NCBI GenBank assembly: GCA_002633005.1 | Contig: NMRA01000332.1 | Location: forward strand, 135,121-199,120 | Direction: 5' to 3' | Length of the DNA stretch: 64,000 nt | DNA from: Phoronis australis | Taxonomy: Eukaryota; Animalia; Phoronida | Part shown: piece by piece, positions 12,574 through 25,100 of the stretch | Layout: every line of letters begins with the position of its first letter | How positions within the stretch are numbered: position 1 is the first letter of the stretch | Program-made: the position numbers and the translations under genes | The notes under the pieces: generated by a model | The model's input: the letters and a program-made list of their open reading frames with translations, nothing else | Database searches by the model: none | Told to the model about the DNA's origin: nothing

Positions 12574-13989
12574 AAGTTAGAGATGAGGTGGACGACGACG
12601 TGTGCACGGGTGGCTCTTGGCGAGATGGTTGACGAGTCTGGTATGGCGAGGAAGTCTTACGAGTTGAGTGTCGTGGCATGCTGAAAGGGAATAGTAAAGG
12701 GAGCAGAAATGGAACAATGAAACAACAGGCCAGAACCGTAATGGTTGGAGCCAAGCGGTAAAGTGCAGAAATTGGAGAGGTGAATTAAGATGGAATTTCA
12801 CTGAACGTTAAGAACTAAGGATTAAATTATAGAAAAAAATCTTCCCAAAAGCCCGTCTCCTCTTTAAATTGAAGGTCAAACACGATACGGAATTATCCGA
12901 AGAGTTACGGATGAACGGCAAGTGCCGATTGTCACGATTTCGTAACTTTCCGTGACAAATCGGCAACTGTTGTTCTTCCGTAATTCATCGGAAAATTCCG
13001 TATTGTTCTTGACCTTCGATTTACAGAGGAGTTTCTCCGGACGGGTTTTTGGGCAGATTTTTGTGGTTTGACCGCAAATTTCTTGTGAACTGGGTGGCGC
13101 AGGACACCGTAAATGGTACTGGAAGAAAGAACAATTCCTCATGGTTTGTTGAATCTCTGTTTTGTGTAAATTTTCTGTGTTTTGTGTTTACTATGGATGG
13201 CTGAAGTGATGCACCCATGGAATTTCTAGTCGGGAATGTCACACCTTGTAGTATTATATAGTGTATTGTGGACGATCAGAAGCTGAGGACGCCTCTGGGC
13301 CAGTGTTGCGACAAGACAAATAGATCACGTGATACGATTAAAGCAATAATCGTAGAACAAAGAGGGTCACTGACCCGAGAATCCAAACAGTATGATAATG
13401 AGGACGAAGCAGTATAGCTTACATAAAATAATTTAACAATTAAATGGTATTTACAGTCTAGAAGCTAAGACACGAAAATAGACCAAGATAAGACATTCGT
13501 CGAAGCTAAAATGACACCCTACTGCACAATTCGTTTCGGGGAATGTTTCAATTTTTATGTTCTCGGATGGATTGTTTCTAAGTTTCCGACAAACTGTTGA
13601 TATTATTGAATGGTTCAGTCCTTTAACTTGTGTATTTCACAAACTGAAAATTCTGATCAATTTATTATGAAATAAAAATTTACTGGTTGTTCAACACTTT
13701 CACAGATTGTCTTGTCGCGTAACCCGCTTGGGTACCGTACTTGGCATACATATTACGTCATATAACAGCAAGACGGAGCACGCGGCAACAAGGCATTGCC
13801 ACGGGGAGGCAAAATAAATCCATATATATGGGATAAACAGTTCGGTCTCGTTGGAACATTCCCAGATGAAATGAATTCTTGATAGGCTATGGCAGTAGTA
13901 TTCCTATGTATGTGGGATAACCTATATGTAATGCCTTTTCCAATAGGGATTTCACACTCAAACAATTGATAAAACCTCATTAAATTATT

Positions 13990-14522
13990 CCAAACTTTAA
14001 ATGAAATAGTATTAGATAAGAAAGGATTTGTGTGGGAAGTTGATTTATAAAACTAAGAAAGTAAACAAAAGTCCTAGTTTTGGCAATTTTATTGTAAAAT
14101 TCACTGACATGTTTTTCCAAGTCAGTGGTTCATGCTATGGAATTTGAAAGATTATGCTTAAGAGTTTGCGATATGGATAATCACAATTTCAGGCACTTGT
14201 TGCTAATCTAATTGATTTTCTTGAAATTGGAACAGCATCATTTGTCAGAATATTTGTTGAAGGTGAATGGAAGTATTAAACAAGTGTCATCAGCAAAGAA
14301 CAAAGTTTAATGTTACAAGGGATAGGTAGATCATTTGCATGTATCAAAAATAACAATGGTCCTGAAGCAGAGTACACGTGTTGTAATATGCGGGTAAGAG
14401 AAATTAATGTTATTAAATTGGACAAATTGTTATCTATTTCCAAGGAAGCTGCTAGACTAGTGAACCTCAATGCAGGAAAAACCGTGGTGTCAGAAGCTTT
14501 TGATAAGTCAATGAAACAATGA
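13990..14522 (-). mobile_element. CR1/L2-like LINE reverse-transcriptase fragment
   Basis: FIDLSKASDT (reverse complement of ~14487-14516) and SGPLLFLIHANDLP; degenerate. Confidence 0.7.
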
Positions 14523-14531
14523 TTGGGTTAA

Positions 14532-15630
14532 TGGTAGTAGTGGTAGTGGTGGCGGTGGTGGTGATAGTAATAGTAGAGGTGATAGTAGTAGTAGTAGGAG
14601 GAGGAGGGGTAGAAGTAGTGGTAAAAGTTGTAGTAGTTGTAGTAGTAGTCGTCGTAATAGAAGTAGCAGTAGCAGTAGCAGCAGCAGTAGTAGTAGTAGT
14701 AGTGGTTGCAGTAGCAGTAATAGTAGTAGACGAAGCACTAGTAGTATCAGTAGTAGAAGCAGTAGTAGTATTAGTCGTAGTAGTAGTAGTAGTAGTAGTA
14801 GCAGTAGAAGTAGCAGTAGTATTAGTAGTAGTAGTAGTAGTAGCAGTAGAAGTAGCAGTAGTATTAGTATTAGTAGAAGTAGTAGTAGTAGCAGTAGCAG
14901 TAGTGTTAGTAGTAGTAGTAGAAGTAGTAGTAGTAATAGTAGNNNNNNNNNNNNNNNNNNNNNNNNNNNNNNNNNNNNNNNNNNNNNNNNNNNNNNNNNN
15001 NNNNNNNNNNNNNNNNNNNNNNNNNNNNNNNNNNNNNNNNNNNNNNNNNNNNNNNNNNNNNNNNNNNNNNNNNNNNNNNNNNNNNNNNNNNNNNNNNNNN
15101 NNNNNNNNNNNNNNNNNNNNNNNNNNNNNNNNNNNNNNNNNNNNNNNNNNNNNNNNNNNNNNNNNNNNNNNNNNNNNNNNNNNNNNNNNNNNNNNNNNNN
15201 NNNNNNNNNNNNNNNNNNNNNNNNNNNNNNNNNNNNNNNNNNNNNNNNNNNNNNNNNNNNNNNNNNNNNNNNNNNNNNNNNNNNNNNNNNNNNNNNNNNN
15301 NNNNNNNNNNNNNNNNNNNNNNNNNNNNNNNNNNNNNNNNNNNNNNNNNNNNNNNNNNNNNNNNNNNNNNNNNNNNNNNNNNNNNNNNNNNNNNNNNNNN
15401 NNNNNNNNNNNNNNNNNNNNNNNNNNNNNNNNNNNNNNNNNNNNNNNNNNNAGTAGTAGTAGTAGTAGTAGTAATAGTAGTAGTATAGTAGTAGTAGTAT
15501 TAGTAGTAGTAGTAATAATAGTAGTAGTAATAGTAGTAGTAGTAGTAGTAGTAGCAGTACCAGTAATAGCAGCAGCAGCAGCAGAAGCAGCAGCAGTAGC
15601 AGTAGCAGTAGCAGTAGCAGTAGTAGTGGT
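14532..15630 (+). repeat. (GTA/GCA/GTG)n trinucleotide microsatellite spanning an assembly gap
   Basis: Read directly; it accounts for the spurious poly-V/poly-L ORFs. Confidence 0.95.
14943..15451. other. Assembly gap (run of N)
   Basis: 509 consecutive N. Confidence 0.99.
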
Positions 15631-16043
15631 AGAGGCAGCGTCAGATAGTTGTCAAAACTAATAATACATGCACAAAATTGATTCAGGGAACACTCTGGAA
15701 AGGACTTAACAGCCCGCTGACCCCAAAACCCGTCATCGGTAAATCATACACAAATAAGTTAATTGTACGTTAATAGTAAATATGGCGAGATAAATGAACA
15801 TACACGGCAAACAGGCTACAACGCATGAACAAAATCAATGGTAATAAACGTTAAGGAGCTAAATAACGCTGGGAATTATATAATCACTTACTGAATTGTA
15901 AATAGAGCAATTGTCTGCAGTGCTGTCAAATCATTGTTTTATAAAAATAAATTATCACACTCTGCAGAATTTAAAGTTTTGACAAAGACGCAGCTACTTT
16001 GCATAGTGTAATTCATTGATGAGTTTTCTTTCGCAATTCACAG

Positions 16044-16135
16044 ATCTGAAGAAATGAAGGACACGTCAGTTTCAGCAATGACCGACGAAAAATCTTGTTT
16101 AGAAAAGTTGAGGAAAGAGCCGCCTCCATTGGATG
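16044..16135 (+). CDS. GPCR coding exon A (ECD helix, first Cys)
   Basis: Acceptor ttcacag|, donor |gtaagt; encodes (x)SEEMKDTSVSAMTDEKSCLEKLRKEPPPLD(G). The CxxxLxxxPPP pattern is typical of the segment preceding the YCNxTWD motif. The phase-1 end matches exon 42219. Confidence 0.8.
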
Positions 16136-19100
16136 GTAAGTGTTTGTGAAATGGACATCATTTAACATTTACATGAGCGCGTAAGGGCTAGATTGGGTCA
16201 CCACCCTTTCCACCTTGTGGTCGACAACTTTGCCCTGTTTGGTATGGCGAAAATTGACATGGTCGGGTCCAGAGTCTGCGCGCCTCCTGGTGGCTAGTGA
16301 AGTATAGTGCGCCCGCGGAGATGCCATCAATGCAATTCTACGCTGTACAAACGAACATATCGGAGTCACAAAAAATAGAAGAAACTCGTTAATGAGAGAC
16401 ATTTTACACTTAAAATGATTTTGGTTGAAACCCATGTCACTAGTTTCGTTGGTATCATGAACTTCTTGGGTTTGTAGGCCTGCCGAATTGGTTTCATCTA
16501 ATTTTGATGTGGGTGATTGGTATACTTGGGAAGCCGAACCAATTCTCAATTTAGCTTACTACCACCACCACCACCACCACCACCACCACCACCACCACCA
16601 CTACAAATAGGTATATATTTGCTTTGTTTTCCATTTTCCGAGCAACGTAGGATTGCGCCACTGACTCATTGCGGCTGGGTGTTGCACGGATTCCCTGGCC
16701 CAACATAACATTTACCGCAGAGATTATTTTACACCACTTTCTCAAAAACGTCAATTATTGGCATTAGCGTAACGACGACTGTCAATTAAATGACTCATAT
16801 GTTCTGGTAAATGTCACATTTCAACATTTAATCTCGCCACAAAACCCATTTAACACGTTTGGGTGTCACCTGTGCCGTCTGCTCCGTTCTGCAACACGTC
16901 GATGCATCAATACGTTACGATCGATGCATTAGACCCAGTCTGACGACAAACTACTCTGTTGCTCTTTACCCCTATAATGTGCATTGAGAAACAATGACCG
17001 CTTGTGACACGTTCAGGTTTTTATGCAACCTTCATGAACAATCACAACTTTACGAATATTTTTTGCCTCAGCGGACTACCTTGGTTACCAATCAGTGAAC
17101 GATCTTTTCTCAAATTGAATTTCGGGGTAGAAAATTAATATCGTAACACGATGGAAAACGATTTCACCTCCGCCGGGAAAATCCTTAAAGTAGCTGGTAA
17201 GTAAAATATATGTCCGATCAATTTACTGTACCAAAATTGGTGTGCATTATATAAACATTTTTTTTAATTCCTTCTAACAATATTACGAGGTCTCGGTATT
17301 TGTTAAATCCAATCGGCATGTTTCACGGTTTTCATGGTTTGAACGCAAATAGAAAGGAAGCCCCCATGCTCGAGCATGTGACGCCATTGTTCTCACTCCC
17401 GATTGCCTTAGTCACGACTGATATGTCTAAATGATTGATTCCATTTTGAAAAGAAGGGTAATAAATGGAGCAGTCATGCCTATTTATGGTTTTCCGCTTG
17501 ATTATACATGTAACATCAAAGAACGACAAAGGTGGGCGGAATTAGTAAGCTTACAAATGTTGCAAAAGTAAAACGTCATGTGATCAGTTAAGCTCTGATA
17601 CTGGGTGCTAACCATAACAACGAGTGTAATGAAATTTTCTTAAATTGGAAAATTCCAGCGTTACGTAAAGAAAGTGTATTTATTGCAAGCTTGGAAAGAT
17701 CAAGCCAGGTCTCATGACAGCGCTGTGCAATATTGGAAAACACGAGGTCCCACCAGTAGAGACGTATTCAGGGTGTGTCAGTGTAGCAGGGGCGTATGTA
17801 GCTCTAGAAAACAGTGTGGGACACATAAAAAAGAGACAAATATGTATCCATTGATACGTAGTACTGGCATTGCAACGAAATTTGTTTTTGGAGAAATGAG
17901 ACTCTACTAGATTTTTTGTGAATTTGTAACACAATATGAAGGAAAATGAACTTTACTGAGTTGTTGAACAGTAGCCTGGCTGAAAAAATGTAAGTGTACG
18001 ATGCGGCCACGTTTTCCCCAACTACATTCCATAAAAAAGTGGTATTATGTTAAACATGAACGTTTGCTTTTATCTGAAAGCGGATGCAATGCATCTTTAA
18101 CGAAGAAACGTTTTTTTTATTTTGTGCATCCACTGTTAGTTAAGCCGTTGTAGATGTCAGTTGATGCCGCTTTTTGCAGTGTCTGTTTTTCGTCTTCGAA
18201 ATGATATGTCACCTCTTTCAAGACGTTTGTGGGTCTTGCGCAACTTCATCTTCGCAGACGTACACGTAATCATAACACTTTTATATCGACAGCAATGGAT
18301 TTCCAGCAACAAATTCTTCTCAAATGATTGCTGTTGACTGACAAATGACAAAGAACTTAATGATATGACAGCGAACACGATGGTTTGGTAATGTCGACAC
18401 TTCATTAAATCATACTGCTATATTAATTCTACTGCTCTTACAAGTAGGAACTCTGTTAAACAGTGTCTGAATTTAGTGTGAAGGCTTACACGGCGTGGAA
18501 CTTTTTAGCTGCCTTTTAAGCGGCTAAACAGACGTCTCTCTCTTATACTTGTGCTGACTGTCCATGAAGCATCTCTTTCGACAACGATCGAACTGGTTAT
18601 GATTAAAGGCTTCCACGTTTCCGTAGTTTGGCTGAAAAAAGTGTAATGTTCATTAAAACATCTGTTCGTGAATTCGTGACACCAGCCGTTGGACGTTGTT
18701 TCAATTCATCTATTAAGACCTGTGCATGATTGCCCAGGAACCCTTTTGTTAATAGAAGGAGACTTTACATCGACAGCGAGTTGTGGGGAGTCTTTCATTC
18801 CTCTTCCGAGTCCAGACCGCAACAAATGAAAAAATTCCAGCCCTCTTGGAAAGCAGTGCTATCACTGAAGAGGCCACCCTCATTTTAAATATCACGATAA
18901 TAAATAAATAAACAGAGGCGAGAATTAGACACATCCGACGAATCTCTTTTCGGCCATGCGCATGAGACAATCAGCGATAATAAGCGTTGTACAGTGTTCT
19001 CATTGGGTTTTGCTTGGCGATGCACATAACTGCACTTGCCGCCTGTGTTGCACTCTGTCGAAACTTCATTAATAATAAAACGTTTCTCCTCAACAGCGCT

Positions 19101-22100
19101 ACTGTACATATTAACAAAGAAACTTAATTCGGACTCATGATTTTCTCCCTTTCACTGCCACTAAATAACTGTGCTCAAAATGAAGTTCAAAACCACCACT
19201 TGCATTCCAGTGGACGACACGATCTAACACTAGATTCTGAGTGTAGAAACTTTTAATAATTAATTGTTAATTAATTGACACTTATACTCGGAGTATTAGT
19301 GAGGCGGAAACCTACCCCCTCCCCCTTACTGCCATCCCCACTCCCTGCGCTTATGAATAAAGCCACAATACCGCAAAGTATTGCTGTCGTCGATCACCCG
19401 GCATACATGTATGCGGGAAGCCCAGGTCCGGGAGACAAAAATTAACTTCATGAGTGAAACGTACATACATGTAGTTCAAACAATTGCAAAATATTCAAGT
19501 ACACGTTGCAAAAATTTGCTAATAGGCGCTATTTTGGCCATTTACTTAAGTGAAATCTGCATTTTACTTCCGGACCCCGTTATATAGTGAAATGAAAATC
19601 TACACTCTTTCACAGTGCTACGAGAAGTAGCACTGTGGAATGTTGTTTATCATGACTTCTTGGTTAAAGTAATGAAACCGACGTCATGACATTCAGTCAT
19701 TCCTATTGGTTGAAATCTGGTAAACCCCTTTCAGTTTACTGTTATGTAGTTTGGCGACCATCTTTGACTTGCATACTTGCAATTTATTAAGACGGACAGT
19801 GATCGAAGTAAACAAAATTGAGGTAACCCCGATCCCGTGCAAACTAGTACAGTGCATAGAATGCTTGTGCAAGTGGTTGCGATGTGATCAATAAACCTCC
19901 GACCAAGCATGCGCATTGATGCCATCACACGGAATTCCGTGTGTCGTTCATCATCTCCACAGGGCCACTTTTCAGTATAGGTGGCACTGTGTCAGATATT
20001 AATGTAAATCATGGTCAACTCTACTTTGTTCTCCATCACGCGAGTGCGTACGTGCCTAACCAGAAATTAAGGACCATAGACATCAGATTGTCTATGCCAT
20101 AGACATCACATATAAGATGTCTATGGTCTATGCTATGGACTCGTGTGTCGCGTGACTAATGTGCGTCTCGGTGAGGGGTGACTCTCCCTATATCCATAAA
20201 AGGTCAATCTCTGTAACGTGCAAAGTTGTCAAAATGAGAGGAAAATCGTGTGAAATAGTGGAATACCAATTGCTCCCTGTCTAGCTGCCTGAGGTGAGGC
20301 ATCACCAAAGCAGATTTCACTCTTTGGATAAGTAACAAAGTTAATTTTATGTCAATTAACGTTGGCTGGATTGTTAAGTTTGTTAGGAATCGGCGATTCA
20401 TAACTGATGAAATCACAAAAACACCACAGTCAGTACGGTTTCAGCTGGGGATCAAAGCTAAGATCTTTTCCCAATGCGTTTTTTTAACCATAAAACGATT
20501 TTTTCTCGTAAATTGGATAATCGTATGTTGTCGTGAACATGTCTAGATTTCTCTGAATTTTGATGCAATCTTGTGTCCACAAGATCGTTCAATTTTGTTC
20601 TTTCATCCTCCTTCATAAATTAGGCTCCACCTTCACTGGTAGGCTGTGTTGTCGACGGATAATGCCATGGGAAAAGTCCTACGCTAACATTAGGGGTTTT
20701 GTTGCCTCAACGCCTAATTGATTCAAAAATTATTGCTCCTGGCTCATCGGAGATACTGTGAAAACCTATTCGCTAATTTCTCTTATAATGCATAGATTTT
20801 AAAAATTGAAAGACGAGTACTATTTATCTTTCAGTTTTGAAAACAGTCATGTTGGTCGTTTACCTTAATTATTGTTCGTTTTCCTCATACGCTAAACAGG
20901 CGCGTTGGTTTACTACCGCAATTAAAGCACCTATTGCCAATCCCCTGGCTCACTTCAATCCGTGACGGCTCCAACAAGCTTTTGGGGTAAACGGTGCACG
21001 CTTTCTCGTCTACTTGCGAGCAAATCCTATTAGCGTACGATTTGCCTATTGCAGCACGACTGCATGCTGAGTATCTGAGATACAACACCGAAAAGGGTCC
21101 CTGCGACTATAACAAATGATAACCGAAAGAAACCCTACACGAAACAATGCCACTTTTACCGACACCCCCTTACAGTCGCCGCCTTCTCACTGATTTGCCC
21201 GCGGGGTTCTTCAGAAATCAATGGTTAGATGTGTGCCTCCGTGAGGTAAGAATTCAACTCATTTTGATACCTGCAAACCGTAAAAGTCACCCATCAATAC
21301 CCAAAACTCGTGAAACACATTTGATTTTTACCAACGTTTACAAAAACCGGAACACTTTCGATTCCAAAATCTGTGTAACAGCAGTGTCCTCACCAGTACC
21401 ATGAGAGGGACCGCCGGTCATTTACCCACGCGAGACGATCATAAACCTCCGTGGAGCCGCAAAGCCAAAATGCTCACCCGAGGTGGTGGTGAGGCAGGGA
21501 AAAGACTCACTCATTATCATATGTAACAGGGCGAAATAACGGGGACAAAATACATGTACATGTACACACCAGAGTTATGGTGAGATCTCCACAAATCGTT
21601 CCCTTGTAGAACCCCTGCCAACGAGAGGGTGACTCTTGATTTGAAAGTATTGATTGAATCTGTTGAGCTCGTTGAAACTTCGTGTCAACGTAACATGGTT
21701 AGTTTCCTGTTACTTGTACTGAACTTTTTCATTAAAAAATACTTTTTACGCGAATGTGTTTCCTTTCGTTTTCACAAAATGTGTGAGGCCAACAGGCTCC
21801 AACATCCAAGGCTGTTGAATCAATTACTCGCAAACTCATTTTGGTCGACTCTTTTCGTGTTCAGGAATGGTGTTCAACTAGATACGCCAATCTATCGCTC
21901 GATTTCGTTTCCGAATGGTCATTCTAGAGAGGTCACTCTTCCAATGTAGTTCCGCCCTTTGCTTCCTTTTCTTACGTACTCTCACTAAGATCTAACCTCG
22001 TCATATTTCACGACGCCCAGCAACAATACGGATGGCGAGGTTTCAGTTCACTTTGACTGGCAGGCCTTTACAGGAATGGTCGATTTATAACAAAAACCCT

Positions 22101-25100
22101 TCCACAACCGATTTCGCAAGTTTGTAACTATACCCGAAAGAAATTACTTTTAAATGTCAATCATGTCCAAAAGTAATCCCTGGAAAGTGTTTTTGTCCCC
22201 TTTAATTCCTGACTTGTTTGATTTCTAATCATTCTTTATTTGCGAGTCTTGACTGAATCCTCGCACCGCAAAATTGATTTTCTTCTGGTCAGCATCACAT
22301 TATCCCTGAAGGCTGGAGTTTGAAATAAGATTTACTTTGTAAATAGTTGTTGAACATTCCACTCGTAGCTCCTGGCCGCAACTAAATGTGACCAGAGCAC
22401 GTACCTTTTACGGTAGAGTCTTGTAAATAACTCAATTGCGTTTTACCAGAATCTAGCAAAGAGGTCTACGTGACTTTGTCAGAGATGGTTATGAATAGGA
22501 CACTGCTGATTAGCTAATGAGCTAATGCGTCATCCTTAAACTTGAAATTTCAGCCGTAGCCCAAAGCGAGGGCATGCCGGACGTTGTGCTAACTGTGACT
22601 AATGCGACGTAGTATTTTTGATTTAGGGAGTTGGGTCAACTACAATGGCAGCAGTGTTGTAAATCTACCAAATACAATTTCAACTCGATTGTCTTACGGT
22701 AAAAAGAGTTTTATTATCATGTGTTTAACTTTCACGCAATTTGTAAAATACAGTTACAACGGTATTGAAACATTTTCGCATAGGGCGAGTCAAAAGGATT
22801 TTACAAACGTGCAGGTTTAACAAAAGTTATAGAGTAGAGAACTAAGAACGTGTCGTTTGGTACAATTTTCAGTTGTAAAAGTGGCGAGCATCACGGTTTC
22901 AAAATTTATCAAGACGAAGAATACGACAGAACGCTCCTTTTGTTGCAGTTACCGATTCAGTGTACTCGTTAACGTTCCTTCTCGTGAAAGCACGATGTTG
23001 GTCCCACCTAAATCACTTAAAAACACAAGAAGTAACAACACAGAAACTTATTTCTCGTTTTGATAAGGCTTTAATTATGCCCACGTTCTGTCAAATCATG
23101 CATGCTGTACCACAAGTACCCAATACCAGTGAATGCGCGTCTGGTGATTTTTTTTTTAATCGCAGCAGTGTCCCCGCGTAGCTGTTGCACACTTCCTGTC
23201 AGAATGACGTAAATTCTCACCAGTCGATTGCCGAGTATTTTACAATTGTACATTATTTATCAAAGCCAGGCTTGGATAATTTCATTAGGTCCGTGCAGTA
23301 AGTAAGCATGAGAACTTTGGTGACCGGAAACAATGAGATTCAGCGATTACTGTGTCAGGTTGACATTTCTTCATTATTCATTATTTTGACATAAAAAAAT
23401 TCAATTCATTAGAACGAGGGAATCCATTTGAAGGTGGCTGTAGTTCTTTCACAAGCTAGTTTCAATTAAGGTTATCTCCAACCTTATTTAGTGGCCTCTG
23501 TTCTAACTCGTATATCAAAAAACTAAGCTTTGCCAACGAGTAAAAGTATATATTTTTTGAAAAAATAGGGAAAATACTTTCTGTATTAATGTAACATCCT
23601 TATTTTTACGTAAAAACCTTTTTAAGTCAAAATTTTATTTTAAGAAAGGTATATTCATAGCAAAATAACACTTCGGTCGATTTAATGAAACTTTTTTAAA
23701 ATGAAAACTTCACCAGTTACCTCAAAAACGCTATTAGGAATTTTTATTAGTCTTTTCGTTTGGATTCTACAACAAATCAACTCGCAAAACTTAAGGTATC
23801 TTTGTAAAAAACGGAAATCGTATTCGTCTGTGTTACATTACGCAAAAATAGGCCTTTATATCGAAAATCCTAACAGCCTTTTTGAGACTGATGACTAAAT
23901 ACTAAATTTGGAAAGTTTCAGCTAAATCCACCGAGTCGTTTTTTGAGAACTAGTGTTCCAAAGATCAAATAAAGTCTATTTGCCGAAGCCGAAAACTTTG
24001 ACGAGTGAATATCTCAAAGTCTTCGATTAATTATTCGGTGAAAACTTGTTTTCGGTACACATACCCTATACAAGCCTTAAATGTGTTCGCTATTTCAGCA
24101 TTCACTCGCAATGTCAACTGAAAATAACTTAATAATCATTAAAACATACCGTTCCCAGCTAACTCTCACTGTTGTTTGCTACCTATTTGACCTACTTTTA
24201 TGTAAATAGGTCACAGTTCATTGTTATACACATAGCCTGTACACGTCACGTGCTGGGAGACTGATACGAAAACAAGTAAGAAATGGATAACAAAAATCGA
24301 ATCGGTGGTTCAAGCATGTCGTTAGCATGAGATCGAAACAATGAAACCTCAATTTATTAATTGAATGAAGGAATTAGGATGAGGATTTATCTCCTTTCAC
24401 AACTTGCTGTTTTCATGACCACAGATTCCTGAGGCTACCGTAGCATTCGTTCTCAACGCCAACGGTCGCATGAATGTAGACGCACAACGCTCTTAGGATC
24501 AAAACTACGTTTTCCCTGGCACCATTCTAACATAAGAACTTCTCGCTGACAAAATGTTATGGCGATTTTGTGAATGAAAAGGCTGAGGGTATACGAAGCT
24601 GTTCTGTACCTGGCGGGAGCTGCGACCTGATTGAAAACCCTTCAACTTTTGATCTCGGATAAGTAGTTATCAAATATCTACGAGGTTATGCGGTTCCAAG
24701 GTGGTTCTGTTAAATCTTTTTTTCTCGCTACGCAGTACATATTTTGTATTTGAAGTTCCCCGAGAATGAAGATAAGGTATTTTACTCGACACATGTGAGA
24801 TATTGTGAAAATGGCCATTTTTGTGAATAAGGTTTGAGATAACCTTAAATGCCAGATACTGCTTTGTCATTCGTTGACAACATAGAGAATTATAACGACA
24901 CAAAATAAACCAAAAAGCAAGCATCACAAAGTTTCGCAGAAGGTTTCGATACTACTAACATTTGATTAGCTCCAAATAGCCTTTTTATAACTGCCGATCT
25001 AGGGAAGCTAAAAAATTACAAATTTGGCCGAACGAACGCTCGCAACAGGCCGACTCCGTCTTTTGTTTGATATGGTTGTTATCTGCCAAAGTCTATATGT

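Larger units (their letters stand above)
7849..13437 (-). mobile_element. Degenerate Ngaro/DIRS-group tyrosine-recombinase retrotransposon with split direct repeats
   Basis: Minus-strand order is gag-like, RT, RNase H, YR. Direct repeat A at 13299-13437 and 8201-8339; direct repeat B at 8355-8526 and 7849-8016. In element orientation this reads A1-ORFs-B1-A2-B2. Confidence 0.9.
7157..13922. mobile_element. Non-autonomous TIR element interrupted by the YR retrotransposon
   Basis: Left end GGTTATCCCACATACAT...gaattcacttcatctgggaatgt; right end acattcccagatgaaatgaattc...ATGTATGTGGGATAACC; TATA on both outer sides. An uninterrupted relative lies at ~60205-60757. Confidence 0.7.

Noticed and set aside
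14508-15661. 380-aa poly-V and poly-L ORFs
   Set aside because: These are translations of a trinucleotide microsatellite and an N gap.
20150-22550. Possible decayed BEL/Pao or Gypsy internal sequence (e.g. VGWIVKFVRN, VPVFVNVG)
   Set aside because: The motif-like snippets are on inconsistent strands and in inconsistent order, and are too degraded to call without BLASTX.
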